A stretch of 64,000 nucleotides of DNA from Bacteroidetes bacterium SB0662_bin_6 (GCA_009839485.1 VXPQ01000032.1:90982-154981), one strand, 5' to 3'; counted from the first letter of the stretch, positions 21,751-32,403 are shown. Numbers and translations are program-made. Notes: generated by a model from the sequence alone, not told the origin.

Positions 21751-24747
21751 CTACGGAAGAATCAGTGGTTGAACACGGGGGCTTTCCGCAAGCTGTCCAA
21801 GCATAAACCCAAGCCCTTGCAGCGCTGCAGCGGCAGCCTCTTCATCCGGAAAATGTCCAAGTACGGCGCGATACACAATCCTGTCATTTACCGAGCCGAT
21901 CACTACAGCCGCGCGAAGACCCTGCTGGATGTATGGAGCCACAAGCATTTCCATAGGTTCGCGTTCGGTGTGAGCGCCGAGCACAATCGTGAATCCGCCC
22001 AACTCAGGCTGTATGCCCCCTCCACCATACAAGGAAAATTCACCGCTCGGGATCACGGACAGAGCCGTCTCATTGGAAGGTGAGGGCGCTTCCTCAGGAG
22101 ATAAAGGCGCCTCGTCCGTAGAGAAACGGGTTTCCTCAGGGGGAAAGAACACCTCGTCAGGAACGGCGGGAATCCCGCCGGTCTGCCCGCCGGCGAGGGA
22201 ATCCGGGAGAGACGCACCGGCAAGTGTATCGGATGCTACAGAGTCTACAGGGGCTTGCAAGGCCTGGAGTTCCTGATCCAGCATGTCGAGAATATCTCCG
22301 GCTCTGTCCGCATAGGTCGTGGAGGGATACAACGTTCGGACGCCGGCATATACCGAACGGAGGTCAACCATATCCGTGTCGGCGGAAGCGAGAAGATCAC
22401 TTTGCGGCGCAACACCGTCCTCAGGCGGTACAATCCCCGTATCCGGGATAGCGTACTCTTCTGAATCTTCCGGAGGAAAACCTGTGCCGGTTTCCTGCTC
22501 TTGAGCCGGCAGCGCGTCTGCGGAAGAGGGAAAGGCGGCGGCAAGTTCCAGAATGCCCGCCCGCGCAAGCACTGAATCGGGAAGTTCTATGGGCAACGGA
22601 CCGAACACATCCAGCGAATCGGAAGTCGCCCATTCGAAATAAATGCGCCCCGCTGCAAACAGCGCCCTCGGCGCCACTTCCATATTTCGATACCGCGAAG
22701 CTATCAATACCATGCGGTTGAGTGCTTCCTCGTACGCCCCGCGGCGCCATCGAATCACCGCCGCGTCGTATTCTTCCAGCGCCACGGCGAGGCTGTCGAA
22801 CACTTCCACCGGCTCAAGGCCAAGCTCTATGCGGACTCTGGCCGCAAAATCAGAATCCGGATAGTCGGACAACACCTGCCTGTATATCCCTTGCGCACTG
22901 GCGATATCGCCTAATGAGCGCTGCACTTCGGCCAGTGCGTAAAACGCTCGCTGAGCCACTTCCGCATCAGCATCTTTCTCGATCACCATGCGATACCAGA
23001 CTGCTGCGGAATCCGGCTCATTCATTGAAAGAAAAAGGACGTTCCCCAGTTCGTACCGGGCCAGCGCCCGTTCCCCTTCCATAATCACCTGACTCAGCGA
23101 ATCGCGCGGAACGTCCGAAATATCGATCAACGGCAACGCATACATACCTATGCCGTCCATCCCGCTGCCCGACCCGGCAAGCCCCTCTCTGGAACCGGGA
23201 CGATCGGTCTCACTCAAGGCAATCGTCACGGCTTCTATACGGCGCCAGTTGGGCACATGAGGACGTTCACCCCAGCGCGCCACAAAGTTCATGCGCGCTT
23301 CCTGTACGCGAGTACGATCGCGGTGATACAGAAAACCGGCCTCACCGGTATCGGTGGAACTGGAACCTGCACCCACACCTCCCGCACCCGTCCGGGAGGC
23401 CGCATCCTGGAAGCCGCGTTCCGCTTGCAATTGTTCTGCACGCCGGCGCTCTTCGGCAAGTTCTTCGGCCTTCTGCTGCTGCAATGCAAGAATACGCTCA
23501 TCGAATGCCTCGTCGGGCAAGCGCCCCAGTTCAAGCAGCGAATCCATACGTGCAATGTCATTGCGCACATTGGCAAAACCGGCAAACACTTCGGCCTGAC
23601 GGGCGGCATCCGTCACAGCTTCCGGAGTGTATTGAAAAGCTTGCCCGGAGCCTGACGAGGAGGAAGGAATCGATGTGCGGGCGGTATCGAAGTGCGCAGA
23701 GGCAAGAAGGTAATCTTTGAAAACATCCCGGTACAGTTCGGCCAGTGCATAGTGGGTCAGCCCCCTGATATTCTGGCCTATGTTTTCTCCCTCATACAGG
23801 ATATGCCTATACATGGCAAGCGCATCCCGAGGTTGTTCCTGTGCCTGATAAATACGGCCGCGCACGTACGCAAGTTCGAAGCGCCGGTCATAATGCTTGT
23901 CGTCGCGATCCATGCGACGTAATGCGTCAAGAGCCGCAACTCCATCGAGGTACATGCCCTGTACACGCACAATACTCAACGACGCGGCATAGCCAAGTTC
24001 ATACGGGGGACGCGCCTTGAACACGCGTCCGTAGGCCTCGACCGCCTCTTCGTACCGCTCCAGTGTTTCGTACACCTGGCCGAGCAAAAAGGCCCCTTTA
24101 GCCCGGAGATCGTTGCTGCGCACATCCGGCAAACCCGCCTCAAGTTCAACAGCCGCTTTTTCGAAATCTCCCTGTTTAACGAAAAGTTCGCCGAGGGCAA
24201 GGCGCAGACGCGCCACGGATCGTCGAGACATCCCTTCCCTGTCCAGGCTGCTCGCAAGATGTTGCTGCGCCGATTCGTAGGCGCGCGCCGCCATCAGTGT
24301 CCGGGCCAGCCATATCCGGGCATCCTCTTCAAGACCGGTCTCGAAGGCAATCACTTCACGGAATTTCTGCTCAGCCCCTACATAGTTTTCCTGATAGAAA
24401 TAGGATTTCCCGATAAGTATGAGCGCATCGTCCACCCATTTGGAGCGCGGATGGTCGCGCAGCACATTGGCGCTTCGCTCTATCGCATTCTGAAAATTGA
24501 CATTACCGCCCGACCGGGGCGGGCCGCCGAAGATACCGATATACCGCGTCCGGTCTACGGGTTGTTGGGAGGACTCCATGGCGTCAACGCCATTCTCATA
24601 GTCCTGCCCTGCGTTATAGAACGTGTTGTAATAGGAGGTGAAATTGTCGTAATGCTTCCCAACGAAAGAATTGCCCCCGCAGCCGGCTGCGGCGAAAAAC
24701 AGGATGGCCGCAAAAAGACAGGTGCCGGTGCGAGCGGAAGACGACAT
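21751..24747 (-). CDS. Large TPR-repeat lipoprotein with C-terminal SPOR-like domain
   Basis: 998 aa. The N-terminus MSSSARTGTCLFAAILFFAAAGC|GGNS is a signal peptide with lipobox. The first ~700 aa carry many TPR-like A/Y/L helical repeats. A Pro/Glu/Ser-rich linker follows. The C-terminus FTIVLGAHTEREPMEMLVAPYIQQGLRAAVVIGSVNDRIVYRAVLGHFPDEEAAAAAL fits the SPOR (septal peptidoglycan-binding) pattern. Confidence 0.7.
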   Translation of the reverse strand: MSSSARTGTCLFAAILFFAAAGCGGNSFVGKHYDNFTSYYNTFYNAGQDYENGVDAMESSQQPVDRTRYIGIFGGPPRSGGNVNFQNAIERSANVLRDHPRSKWVDDALILIGKSYFYQENYVGAEQKFREVIAFETGLEEDARIWLARTLMAARAYESAQQHLASSLDREGMSRRSVARLRLALGELFVKQGDFEKAAVELEAGLPDVRSNDLRAKGAFLLGQVYETLERYEEAVEAYGRVFKARPPYELGYAASLSIVRVQGMYLDGVAALDALRRMDRDDKHYDRRFELAYVRGRIYQAQEQPRDALAMYRHILYEGENIGQNIRGLTHYALAELYRDVFKDYLLASAHFDTARTSIPSSSSGSGQAFQYTPEAVTDAARQAEVFAGFANVRNDIARMDSLLELGRLPDEAFDERILALQQQKAEELAEERRRAEQLQAERGFQDAASRTGAGGVGAGSSSTDTGEAGFLYHRDRTRVQEARMNFVARWGERPHVPNWRRIEAVTIALSETDRPGSREGLAGSGSGMDGIGMYALPLIDISDVPRDSLSQVIMEGERALARYELGNVLFLSMNEPDSAAVWYRMVIEKDADAEVAQRAFYALAEVQRSLGDIASAQGIYRQVLSDYPDSDFAARVRIELGLEPVEVFDSLAVALEEYDAAVIRWRRGAYEEALNRMVLIASRYRNMEVAPRALFAAGRIYFEWATSDSLDVFGPLPIELPDSVLARAGILELAAAFPSSADALPAQEQETGTGFPPEDSEEYAIPDTGIVPPEDGVAPQSDLLASADTDMVDLRSVYAGVRTLYPSTTYADRAGDILDMLDQELQALQAPVDSVASDTLAGASLPDSLAGGQTGGIPAVPDEVFFPPEETRFSTDEAPLSPEEAPSPSNETALSVIPSGEFSLYGGGGIQPELGGFTIVLGAHTEREPMEMLVAPYIQQGLRAAVVIGSVNDRIVYRAVLGHFPDEEAAAAALQGLGFMLGQLAESPRVQPLILP

Positions 24748-24772
24748 AAGGCGGCAGTCGAATGTGCTGCGC

Positions 24773-24823
24773 AGAAAAGAAAGAAAACGTGAAGAACCCC
24801 GGCCAGAACGCAGGAAACCGGGG
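24773..24823 (-). terminator. Probable intrinsic terminator after pyk
   Basis: The reverse strand has CCCCGG-15 nt-CCGGGG (24823-24797) followed by the U-rich run UUCUUCACGUUUUCUUUCUUUUCU. It lies 24 nt downstream of the pyk stop. Confidence 0.45.
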
Positions 24824-24846
24824 AATAGTATACGCTATCCTATATG

Positions 24847-26280
24847 CTATATGCGGCTTACCTGAATCATGTTGGTTCGCCCCTTTGCGGGCAACGGCAT
24901 CCCTGCCGTAATGACGATCAGGTCCCCGGAACGGACAAGGCCTTGCTCCCGCAAAACGGAGTGGACAATCTGGACCCCTTCGTCGGTACCCCGCTGGAAC
25001 GGGATCAGGAACGATGTGGTTCCCCAGAGAAGATGCAACCGGCGCATCACTCTTTCGTCATCGGTGAACGCATGAAGAGGCATCCCGGGACGATGACGGG
25101 CGATTGCACGCGCCGTAGTTCCCGTAGCCGTAAGACAAGCGATGGCGACGGCCCCTACCTGCTCGGCCAGATCAACCGCCGTAAAGCTTACCGATTCCGT
25201 AACGTCCTCGGAGATAAAACGCCGCTCCACGGGCTTGGAAAGCGGGCTCTGGTATTGCCATCGATGCCGTTCGGCTTCCTCAACAATCCGGGACATGACT
25301 TCGACGACCCGGACCGGATGTTTCCCCACCGCCGTTTCGCCGGAAAGCATAACCGCGTCACTCCCGTCAAGCACCGCATTGGCGACATCGCTTGCCTCGG
25401 CCCGCATCGGACGAGGGTTGCTGATCATGCTCTCGAGCATCTGCGTTGCCGTAATCACCGGTTTGCCAGCCACAATACACTTGTGAATGATCATTTTCTG
25501 CGTGGACGGTACCTGTGAGATAGGCATTTCAATACCCAGATCCCCGCGCGCCACCATGATACCCTCGCTTGCCTCCAGGACAGCATCGAAACGGCGAACA
25601 GCTTCCGGTTTCTCGATTTTGGCTAACGCCATGATATCTTTGCCCGACGCACGAATACGTTGCAGCAAGTCGATTATGTCGGACTCGTCGCGCACGAACG
25701 ACAGGGCGATCATATCCACATCCTGTGACAAGCCGAACGCAAGGTCGCGCTGATCTTTTGCAGTAAGCGCCGGCGCAGACGTTTTGATGTCGGGCAGATT
25801 GACCCCTTTGCGGGAAGACAAGGGCCCGCCGACAATCACCTCGGTAACGACATCGGAGTCGATAATGTCAACTACCTGCAATTCGAGCAAGCCGTCGTCG
25901 ATCAGGATACGCCCGCCCACACTGACATCCTTGGCCAGCAGGTCGTACGTAACCTGCACCCGCTCTGCCGTGCCATATTCGATGGGTTCGGCGGTCAGCG
26001 TCAACCGCTGCCCCTTGCTGATGGGAATGGCGCCGTTCCCGACCTGCCCAAGCCGGATTTTGGGGCCCTGCAGATCCTGCAGGATGGGCACCACTTTCTC
26101 CTGGTCGTCAGCGGCCTCACGCACATAACGGATAAGCCGCGCATGATCATCGTGGCTGCCGTGAGAAAAGTTGAGCCGGGCAATATCCATACCCGCCCGA
26201 ATCAACTCCCGGATCGTGCCGGGATCGGACGAAGACGGTCCCAGAGTACAAACAATTTTGGTGCGTCGCCTCATAGCCAC
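24847..26280 (-). CDS. pyk: Pyruvate kinase
   Basis: 477-aa ORF with MAMRRRTKIVCTLGPSS...ARLNFSHG...MVARGDLGIE...TQMLESM..., pyruvate kinase signatures. Confidence 0.96.
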   Translation of the reverse strand: MAMRRRTKIVCTLGPSSSDPGTIRELIRAGMDIARLNFSHGSHDDHARLIRYVREAADDQEKVVPILQDLQGPKIRLGQVGNGAIPISKGQRLTLTAEPIEYGTAERVQVTYDLLAKDVSVGGRILIDDGLLELQVVDIIDSDVVTEVIVGGPLSSRKGVNLPDIKTSAPALTAKDQRDLAFGLSQDVDMIALSFVRDESDIIDLLQRIRASGKDIMALAKIEKPEAVRRFDAVLEASEGIMVARGDLGIEMPISQVPSTQKMIIHKCIVAGKPVITATQMLESMISNPRPMRAEASDVANAVLDGSDAVMLSGETAVGKHPVRVVEVMSRIVEEAERHRWQYQSPLSKPVERRFISEDVTESVSFTAVDLAEQVGAVAIACLTATGTTARAIARHRPGMPLHAFTDDERVMRRLHLLWGTTSFLIPFQRGTDEGVQIVHSVLREQGLVRSGDLIVITAGMPLPAKGRTNMIQVSRI

Positions 26281-26298
26281 AGGATACTCTGATCAAGT

Positions 26299-26688
26299 CT
26301 ATCCGTACACTTCATCCGGATCAAACACGCGCTCGCTGTCCGTAATAAGACGTGCATGTTCATACCGGCGATAAAAACATGACTTGCGCCCGGTGTGACA
26401 GGCAGCTCCTCCATGCTGCCTCACCTTAAAGAGAAGCGCATCGCCGTCGCAATCGATCCGAATTTCCTTAACCTCCTGAATATGACCGCTGGTTTGCCCC
26501 TTCACCCAGATTTCCTGACGAGAGCGGCTCCAATACGTCATGACGTTCTCTTCGAGTGTGCGTTGCAGGGTGTCCCGATTCATCCAGGCAAGCATCAGCA
26601 CCTCGCCCGTTTCGTGGTCTTGCGCAAGTGCCGCAACCAGTCCGTCGGGACCGAATTTTACTTGTTCGAGCAATTCATTCCTGTCCAT
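26299..26688 (-). CDS. hisI: Phosphoribosyl-AMP cyclohydrolase (monofunctional HisI)
   Basis: Track ORF 26299..26943. The HisI match begins at [41 protein letters not shown]...[22 protein letters not shown]...[11 protein letters not shown]...[17 protein letters not shown] at 26688 verified. Confidence 0.9.
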   Translation of the reverse strand: MDRNELLEQVKFGPDGLVAALAQDHETGEVLMLAWMNRDTLQRTLEENVMTYWSRSRQEIWVKGQTSGHIQEVKEIRIDCDGDALLFKVRQHGGAACHTGRKSCFYRRYEHARLITDSERVFDPDEVYG

Positions 26689-26853
26689 GATTCCATATTC
26701 GGTTTTGCTGCCGGATGAGGATTGCTTCCAACGCCCCGCCCACAAACGGATGGTATAGTACGGGTACGCAGGAACCGGGGTTGTCCTCGCCGAATTACAC
26801 GGAATTCCTACCGAACGGTTCTCTGTGCGTTCTTCTGTCCTCACCTTGCGTTC

Positions 26854-27129
26854 ATGCACCGCGTGATCACATATGTGGTACGTATTCCACGCATTTTCCT
26901 CAAGGGACTGGTGCGCTTCTACCAGTACGTGCTGTCTCCGCATATGCCGTCCAGCTGCCGCTACACGCCCTCATGTTCGGAATACGCCGTGGAAGCTCTC
27001 GAGAAATACGGAGCATTGAAAGGAACGGTGCTGGTTATTCATCGCCTCCTGCGATGTGCTCCATGGGGCCGGGGAGGATACGATCCACCGCGCTGGTATA
27101 ACGAAAAAGAAGTGGCGAAGCATCCGTGA
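26854..27129 (+). CDS. yidD: Membrane protein insertion efficiency factor YidD
   Basis: [61 protein letters not shown] is the YidD signature. Track ORF starts at 26722. ATG at 26854 gives a typical size. Confidence 0.88.
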   Translation: MHRVITYVVRIPRIFLKGLVRFYQYVLSPHMPSSCRYTPSCSEYAVEALEKYGALKGTVLVIHRLLRCAPWGRGGYDPPRWYNEKEVAKHP

Positions 27130-27629
27130 GCTACGACGAACACAAGCAAGCCGCTCAAAACACCCCCGTGCGCGCCGGGGTGATCACGGTCAGCGATACG
27201 CGGACGGAAGCAACGGATACCAGCGGTCGATACATCGTGGAAAGCCTCGCGGCAGCCGGGGTCGAGATCATAGAGGCCCGTATCGTACCCGACATCCCGG
27301 AACGCATCGAGTCAGCCCTGGATGAACTGGTCACGCACTGCGAGGTAATCGTGACCACGGGCGGCACGGGCATCAGCCGGCGGGACACAACCATTGAGGT
27401 GGTAACCCGGAAATTCGAGCGAACGCTGCCGGGATTCGGCGAAATTTTTCGGATGCTTTCCTATGAGGAAATCGGATCAGGCGCCATGCTTTCGCGCGCT
27501 GTTGCAGGAATGTGGAGCAATGTGCTTGTCTTTTCCCTTCCGGGTTCATCGCATGCCGTGCGCCTGGCAATCGACCAATTGATCCTGCCGGAAATTCATC
27601 ATCTCGTCTGGGAAATGATCCGGCAATAA
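27126..27629 (+). CDS. moaB: Molybdenum cofactor biosynthesis protein B / MogA-type molybdopterin adenylyltransferase
   Basis: 167 aa with ...[10 protein letters not shown]...[13 protein letters not shown]...PGSSHAV..., the MoaB/MogA fold signature. The GTG start overlaps the yidD stop by 4 nt (GTGA). Confidence 0.85.
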   Translation: MSYDEHKQAAQNTPVRAGVITVSDTRTEATDTSGRYIVESLAAAGVEIIEARIVPDIPERIESALDELVTHCEVIVTTGGTGISRRDTTIEVVTRKFERTLPGFGEIFRMLSYEEIGSGAMLSRAVAGMWSNVLVFSLPGSSHAVRLAIDQLILPEIHHLVWEMIRQ

Positions 27630-27768
27630 GCACAGCCCGAAAACAACCCGCGTAAAAGCAGGGCCTTCGCCGGAGGATGCCCGGTTACCATGCAGGCACT
27701 TCCGCAGCATCCTGCCGTTATACATTGGTTTGTAAAGAATCCGAATCGCAACCGCATAGCACGCCCCA

Positions 27769-29298
27769 ATGCCGGAAAAAATCTTCCGCATGTATAATTC
27801 GCTGACGCGAAGCACGGAGACCATCGAGCCGGCCCAGTCAGGCCACCTGCGATTCTACGCGTGCGGCCCCACGGTCTATTCCTATGCCCATATCGGGAAT
27901 TTCCGCTCGTTTCTGACCGCCGATCTCGTGCTGCGAACCGCGCAAGCCATCGGATGGAAAACGACCTATGTTACCAACATCACGGATGTGGGACACCTGA
28001 CCGAAGACGACATCGCGGATGCGGAAGGGGAAGACCGCATGACGAAAGCGCTGCGATCGAAGGAAGGGGAACGCTTTGCAAATATATGGGACCTGGCGCG
28101 CTATTATACAAACACGCTGCTGTCCGACTGGCAGGCGCTCAATCTCCGCGAACCCGATGTGCGCCCGCGAGCTACAGATCACGTAGCACAGCAAATCCGT
28201 GATGTAGCACGGCTATTGGAAAAGGGGCATGCCTATGAAACGGCGCAGGGCGTCTATTTCTCGGTGACTTCCTTCCCGGAATACGGCAAGTTGTCCGGCA
28301 ATGTATTGTCGAACCCTTTGGACGAAGGCGTTCGCGATGTGGTGCAGGACCCGGAAAAAAGAGATGCACGCGATTTTGCGCTGTGGAAGAAGGATCCCGG
28401 CCATCTTATGGTATGGCACAGCCCATGGGGATGGGGCTTTCCGGGATGGCATATCGAATGTTCCACTATGGCGCAGGCCTATCTCGGAGCGTCTTTCGAT
28501 CTGCACACAGGAGGCGAGGATAACAAATTCCCCCATCACGAATGTGAAATCGCGCAGGCTGAATGCCTCACCGGCAAGCCGTTTGCCCGGTACTGGCTGC
28601 ACACGCGCTTCTTGCAGGTGGAAGGCGAAAAGATGGCTAAAAGCGCGGGAAATTTTTTCACCGTCCGCGAGCTCGTCGGCTCCGAATCGGAAGGAGGACA
28701 CGGTATCCATCCTCTCGCGCTTCGCCTTGCGCTGATCTCGGGGCAATACCGGAAACCCCTCAATTTTACCTTCGATCAACTCCAGGCGTCTGCAAAACAT
28801 ATCCAGCGGTTCGAGGAGGCCATAGACCTCGCAGAGCATGGGATCGCTCGCGGCGCACCCGGCAAGAACCATCTGGCGGAACCGCTTGAGAAATTGTACG
28901 AACGGGCACTTGACGCCATGCTGGACGATCTGAATACGCCGGAAGCCATCGCCGCCTCCATCGAGGGAGCAAAATTGATCCTGAGGTCCGGGCAGGAGCT
29001 CAGCGAGGGCCCGGCGCAATCCGCAAAAACCTGGCTGGATAACATCAATAGCCTGCTGGGGATTGTGCATCAGGAAACTCTCCGAGAAGCAAGGCAAACC
29101 CCTGAAGGCGACGCTGCAGAGAACATGTTTGCCCGGGAGGTGGAAGAATTGCTGCGTCAACGCGCCGAAGCCCGGACACAGCGCGATTTCGAGCGGGCCG
29201 ATGCCCTCCGGGACCAACTCGACGAGATGAATGTCGAAATTATGGATACTCCGGAAGGTACGCGGTGGCGCCGCAAAATAACCGGTTCTGTTTCATAG
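27769..29298 (+). CDS. cysS: Cysteine--tRNA ligase
   Basis: 509 aa with the HIGH-type motif YAHIGNFRS, WGWGFPGWHIECS, and the KMSKS-type motif KMAKSAGN. Confidence 0.96.
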   Translation: MPEKIFRMYNSLTRSTETIEPAQSGHLRFYACGPTVYSYAHIGNFRSFLTADLVLRTAQAIGWKTTYVTNITDVGHLTEDDIADAEGEDRMTKALRSKEGERFANIWDLARYYTNTLLSDWQALNLREPDVRPRATDHVAQQIRDVARLLEKGHAYETAQGVYFSVTSFPEYGKLSGNVLSNPLDEGVRDVVQDPEKRDARDFALWKKDPGHLMVWHSPWGWGFPGWHIECSTMAQAYLGASFDLHTGGEDNKFPHHECEIAQAECLTGKPFARYWLHTRFLQVEGEKMAKSAGNFFTVRELVGSESEGGHGIHPLALRLALISGQYRKPLNFTFDQLQASAKHIQRFEEAIDLAEHGIARGAPGKNHLAEPLEKLYERALDAMLDDLNTPEAIAASIEGAKLILRSGQELSEGPAQSAKTWLDNINSLLGIVHQETLREARQTPEGDAAENMFAREVEELLRQRAEARTQRDFERADALRDQLDEMNVEIMDTPEGTRWRRKITGSVS

Positions 29299-29332
29299 CG
29301 CATCCCAATGCGCCGCTTTACACCCTATTTCA

Positions 29333-30316
29333 ATGCGTATCCGCCCGCGAAGACTACGAGCGAATTCCGGCATACGCCGATTGGCCCGGGAGACCCATCT
29401 TGCGACAGATCACCTCATTGCACCGTTGTTCGTGGTCGAAGGCAAGGGAATCCGCGAGGAAATCGCCTCCATGCCTGGTCAATACCGGTTGAGTCTCGAT
29501 GAAATGGCAAAGGAAGTGCGTGAACTGGCCGAACTCGGCATTCCGGGTATTGCGCTATTTCCGAAGATCGAGGATGCATTGAAGGATGTGCAAGGAAGTG
29601 CATCGCTGGATCCGGAGGGCCTTATCCCGCGAGCCATTCGGGCGGCCAAAGAGGCGGCGGGGACGATGCTGGTCATCACGGACGTGGCCCTGGATCCGTA
29701 CTCTTCGGACGGTCACGACGGAATCGTGAAAAAAGGACGCGTACAAAACGATGAAACCCTGGAACTGCTGGCCGGCATGGCCGTCGTGCAAGCCGATGCA
29801 GGGGCAGATATCGTCGCCCCGTCGGATATGATGGACGGGCGGGTGAAAACGATCCGCAACGCACTGGATGCCCACGAACATACAGAGGTCGCCATCCTTT
29901 CCTACACGGCCAAATATGCATCCGCCTTCTACGGCCCCTTCCGGGATGCCCTTGATTCTGCGCCGAGGACCGGCAGACACATCCCCGCAGACAAAAAAAC
30001 GTACCAGATGGACCCCGCCAATGGAGAGGAAGCGCTTCGCGAACTCGAACTGGACCTTGCAGAAGGAGCCGATATGGTGATGGTTAAACCTGCCCTCCCT
30101 TACCTGGACGTGATTTACCGGTTGCGACAATATTCGACCGTCCCCGTAGCCGCATACAATGTAAGCGGGGAATACGCTATGCTTGCCGCAGCGGCGCGAA
30201 ACGGATGGATTGACCGGCAGAAAGCCATGATGGAATCACTGACGGCTATCCGGCGGGCCGGAGCCGACATTATCCTGACGTATTTCGCAAAAGAAGCCGC
30301 AAAACACCTGAACTGA
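29333..30316 (+). CDS. hemB: Porphobilinogen synthase (delta-aminolevulinate dehydratase)
   Basis: MRIRPRRLRANSGIRRLARETHL...PLFV..., ...VAPSDMMDGRV..., ...MVKPALPYLD..., all ALAD signatures. Confidence 0.95.
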   Translation: MRIRPRRLRANSGIRRLARETHLATDHLIAPLFVVEGKGIREEIASMPGQYRLSLDEMAKEVRELAELGIPGIALFPKIEDALKDVQGSASLDPEGLIPRAIRAAKEAAGTMLVITDVALDPYSSDGHDGIVKKGRVQNDETLELLAGMAVVQADAGADIVAPSDMMDGRVKTIRNALDAHEHTEVAILSYTAKYASAFYGPFRDALDSAPRTGRHIPADKKTYQMDPANGEEALRELELDLAEGADMVMVKPALPYLDVIYRLRQYSTVPVAAYNVSGEYAMLAAAARNGWIDRQKAMMESLTAIRRAGADIILTYFAKEAAKHLN

Positions 30317-30320
30317 GTCC

Positions 30321-30848
30321 ATGACAGAAACCCGTGAAACCCTTCGCATCGTCCATCTTGACTACAGCCATCTCGGTGGAGGGCTAAGCCGCATGATGGA
30401 CCGCTTCAGAGATGAAGGCACGCTGACTGGTGAACCCGATGCGGACGCTTTCCTGCGTAATAATCCGGCGGGGGTACTGCTCGGGCTTCTTTACGATCAG
30501 CGAGTTCGGGCGGAATATGCGTTTACAGGGCCGATCCGCCTGCACGACCGCCTTGGCCATCTGGATCTTCCATTGATTGCGGACATGAAGCCAGAGAAAC
30601 TGCAATCCCTGTTCGCAGAAACGCCGGCTGTACATCGCTTTACCAACAAGATGGCCGAATACACGCAACAGGTGGCCCGCTTTGTGACGGATACCTACGA
30701 CGGGGATGCTTCGCGTATCTGGAGTGACGGAGCTGCATTCCCTGTGATCGAGAAGCGGGTACGTGCGCTGCCCGGATTCGGAGCGCTCAAGGCAGCCAAA
30801 ATGAAGTATGTGTTGCACTACTTCGGCTATCGCGACTTTTCGGGATAA
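30321..30848 (+). CDS. HhH-GPD-type base-excision-repair-like protein (uncharacterised family)
   Basis: 175 aa. ...NPAGVLLGLLYDQRVRAEYAFTGPIRLHDRLG... and ...LPGFGALKAAKM... resemble the small HhH-GPD-like family. Starts 5 nt after the hemB stop. Confidence 0.6.
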   Translation: MTETRETLRIVHLDYSHLGGGLSRMMDRFRDEGTLTGEPDADAFLRNNPAGVLLGLLYDQRVRAEYAFTGPIRLHDRLGHLDLPLIADMKPEKLQSLFAETPAVHRFTNKMAEYTQQVARFVTDTYDGDASRIWSDGAAFPVIEKRVRALPGFGALKAAKMKYVLHYFGYRDFSG

Positions 30849-30891
30849 ATCTGCGGGCGCTCCAGTGCCCTGCGGAGCATGGACCGGCGCA

Positions 30892-32403
30892 TCACCGCTT
30901 CCAGAACGCCGGAGCCAGCAGGATGAGCACGGTAAACAACTCGAGTCGGCCGGCCATCATCAGAAAAGAAAGCACCCACTTCCCAAGTACAGGAATGTCC
31001 GCATAATTGCCGGTAGGGCCGAGCGAACCGAAGGCCGGGCCGATATTGCCGACACTTGCAATGGCGGCGCTGAATGCACTGAGGAGATCAAGGCCCAGCA
31101 CAAACATGATCATCGTACCAAACCCGATCCCCCCCACGTAGAGCACAATGAACGAAAGTACGTTGCTCAAAATGTCTTTGGGAACGACATCTCCGCCCAA
31201 CCGCACGTGAATGACTGCCGCAGGATGCAATAATTGCCTGATCTCACGGAAGGAGTTTTTGAACATCAGCATGTGCCGGATAATTTTGACCCCGCCGGAT
31301 GTCGAGCCAGCCATGCCGCCACAAAAAAACAATAGAAATATGATACCTACGCCAAGCGGCGGCCATATCTGATAGTCCGCAATGGTGTACCCGGTGCTTG
31401 TCATGATGGCAACCGTCTGAAAGGCTGCTCGGCGTAACGCATCCGACAGCGTCGCATACCCCTCGAAGGCGCCCGCTTCGCGCCCGGCCCATGGCATGGC
31501 GCCCACCGTCGTGTCCCAGATACCAATGGCGACAAGCAGCATCGCCACAAGAGCAATGGCCGCATACACCCGAAACTCGCCGTCCCTGAAAAGCAGACCA
31601 GCGCGCCCCTTCAACATGTGGTAATGCAAAACAAAATTCACGCCCCCGATAAACATGAATACGGTAATGACCCACTCCACATAGGCGGAACCATACTCCC
31701 CGATCGAACTGTCCTGCGTGGAAAACCCGCCGGTGGCCATCGTGGTGAAGGCATGATTAATGCTGTCGAAAAGCGACATGGCCGGCAGCAGAAGCAGGAC
31801 CTGAGCCACTGTAAAACCGACATAGATGAACCACAACCGCCGGGCCGTTTCGCGTACGCGGGGGGTAATTTTGTCAGCGGACGGCCCCGGGACTTCCGCT
31901 TTGAAAAGCTGCATGCCGCCGATGCCCAGAATCGGCAGAATCGCAAGGGTGAGCACGATAATGCCCATACCCCCCAACCATTGGGCAAGGCTCCGCCAGA
32001 ACAAAAAGGCATGGGGAATCTCCGATATCGCCGGATTTCCACCTCCACCCAGGATCGTGGCGCCGGTCGTGGTAAACCCGCTCATCGTTTCAAAAAAGGC
32101 GTCGGCGTAGGAATCCAGTACACCGCCCAGCACGAATGGGACCGAGCCGACCAGCGACAACACAAACCAGGAAAGGCCCACGACGGCAAACCCCTCTCGT
32201 ATGCCGAGATCCCCGGAAAAATTCTTCAGGCCGCGCCACATCACAAATCCGGTCAGGCAGGAAAACGCTGCCGTAACACCGAACGTCCACCACGCCGCCT
32301 CGCCATAGTATACCCCAACGACCATGGGCAACAGCAAAGCCGCCCCCAGAAACATGAGCAACACGCCAAGGGTGGCGAAAACAGCCTTTATATGAAGAAG
32401 CAT
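30892..32403 (-). CDS. trkH: Trk-type potassium uptake protein, membrane subunit TrkH
   Basis: 503-aa polytopic ORF with repeated pore-loop-like motifs (...TTTGATILG..., ...TMATGGFST..., ...MTSTGYT...) typical of TrkH/KtrB. Confidence 0.9.
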   Translation of the reverse strand: MLLHIKAVFATLGVLLMFLGAALLLPMVVGVYYGEAAWWTFGVTAAFSCLTGFVMWRGLKNFSGDLGIREGFAVVGLSWFVLSLVGSVPFVLGGVLDSYADAFFETMSGFTTTGATILGGGGNPAISEIPHAFLFWRSLAQWLGGMGIIVLTLAILPILGIGGMQLFKAEVPGPSADKITPRVRETARRLWFIYVGFTVAQVLLLLPAMSLFDSINHAFTTMATGGFSTQDSSIGEYGSAYVEWVITVFMFIGGVNFVLHYHMLKGRAGLLFRDGEFRVYAAIALVAMLLVAIGIWDTTVGAMPWAGREAGAFEGYATLSDALRRAAFQTVAIMTSTGYTIADYQIWPPLGVGIIFLLFFCGGMAGSTSGGVKIIRHMLMFKNSFREIRQLLHPAAVIHVRLGGDVVPKDILSNVLSFIVLYVGGIGFGTMIMFVLGLDLLSAFSAAIASVGNIGPAFGSLGPTGNYADIPVLGKWVLSFLMMAGRLELFTVLILLAPAFWKR

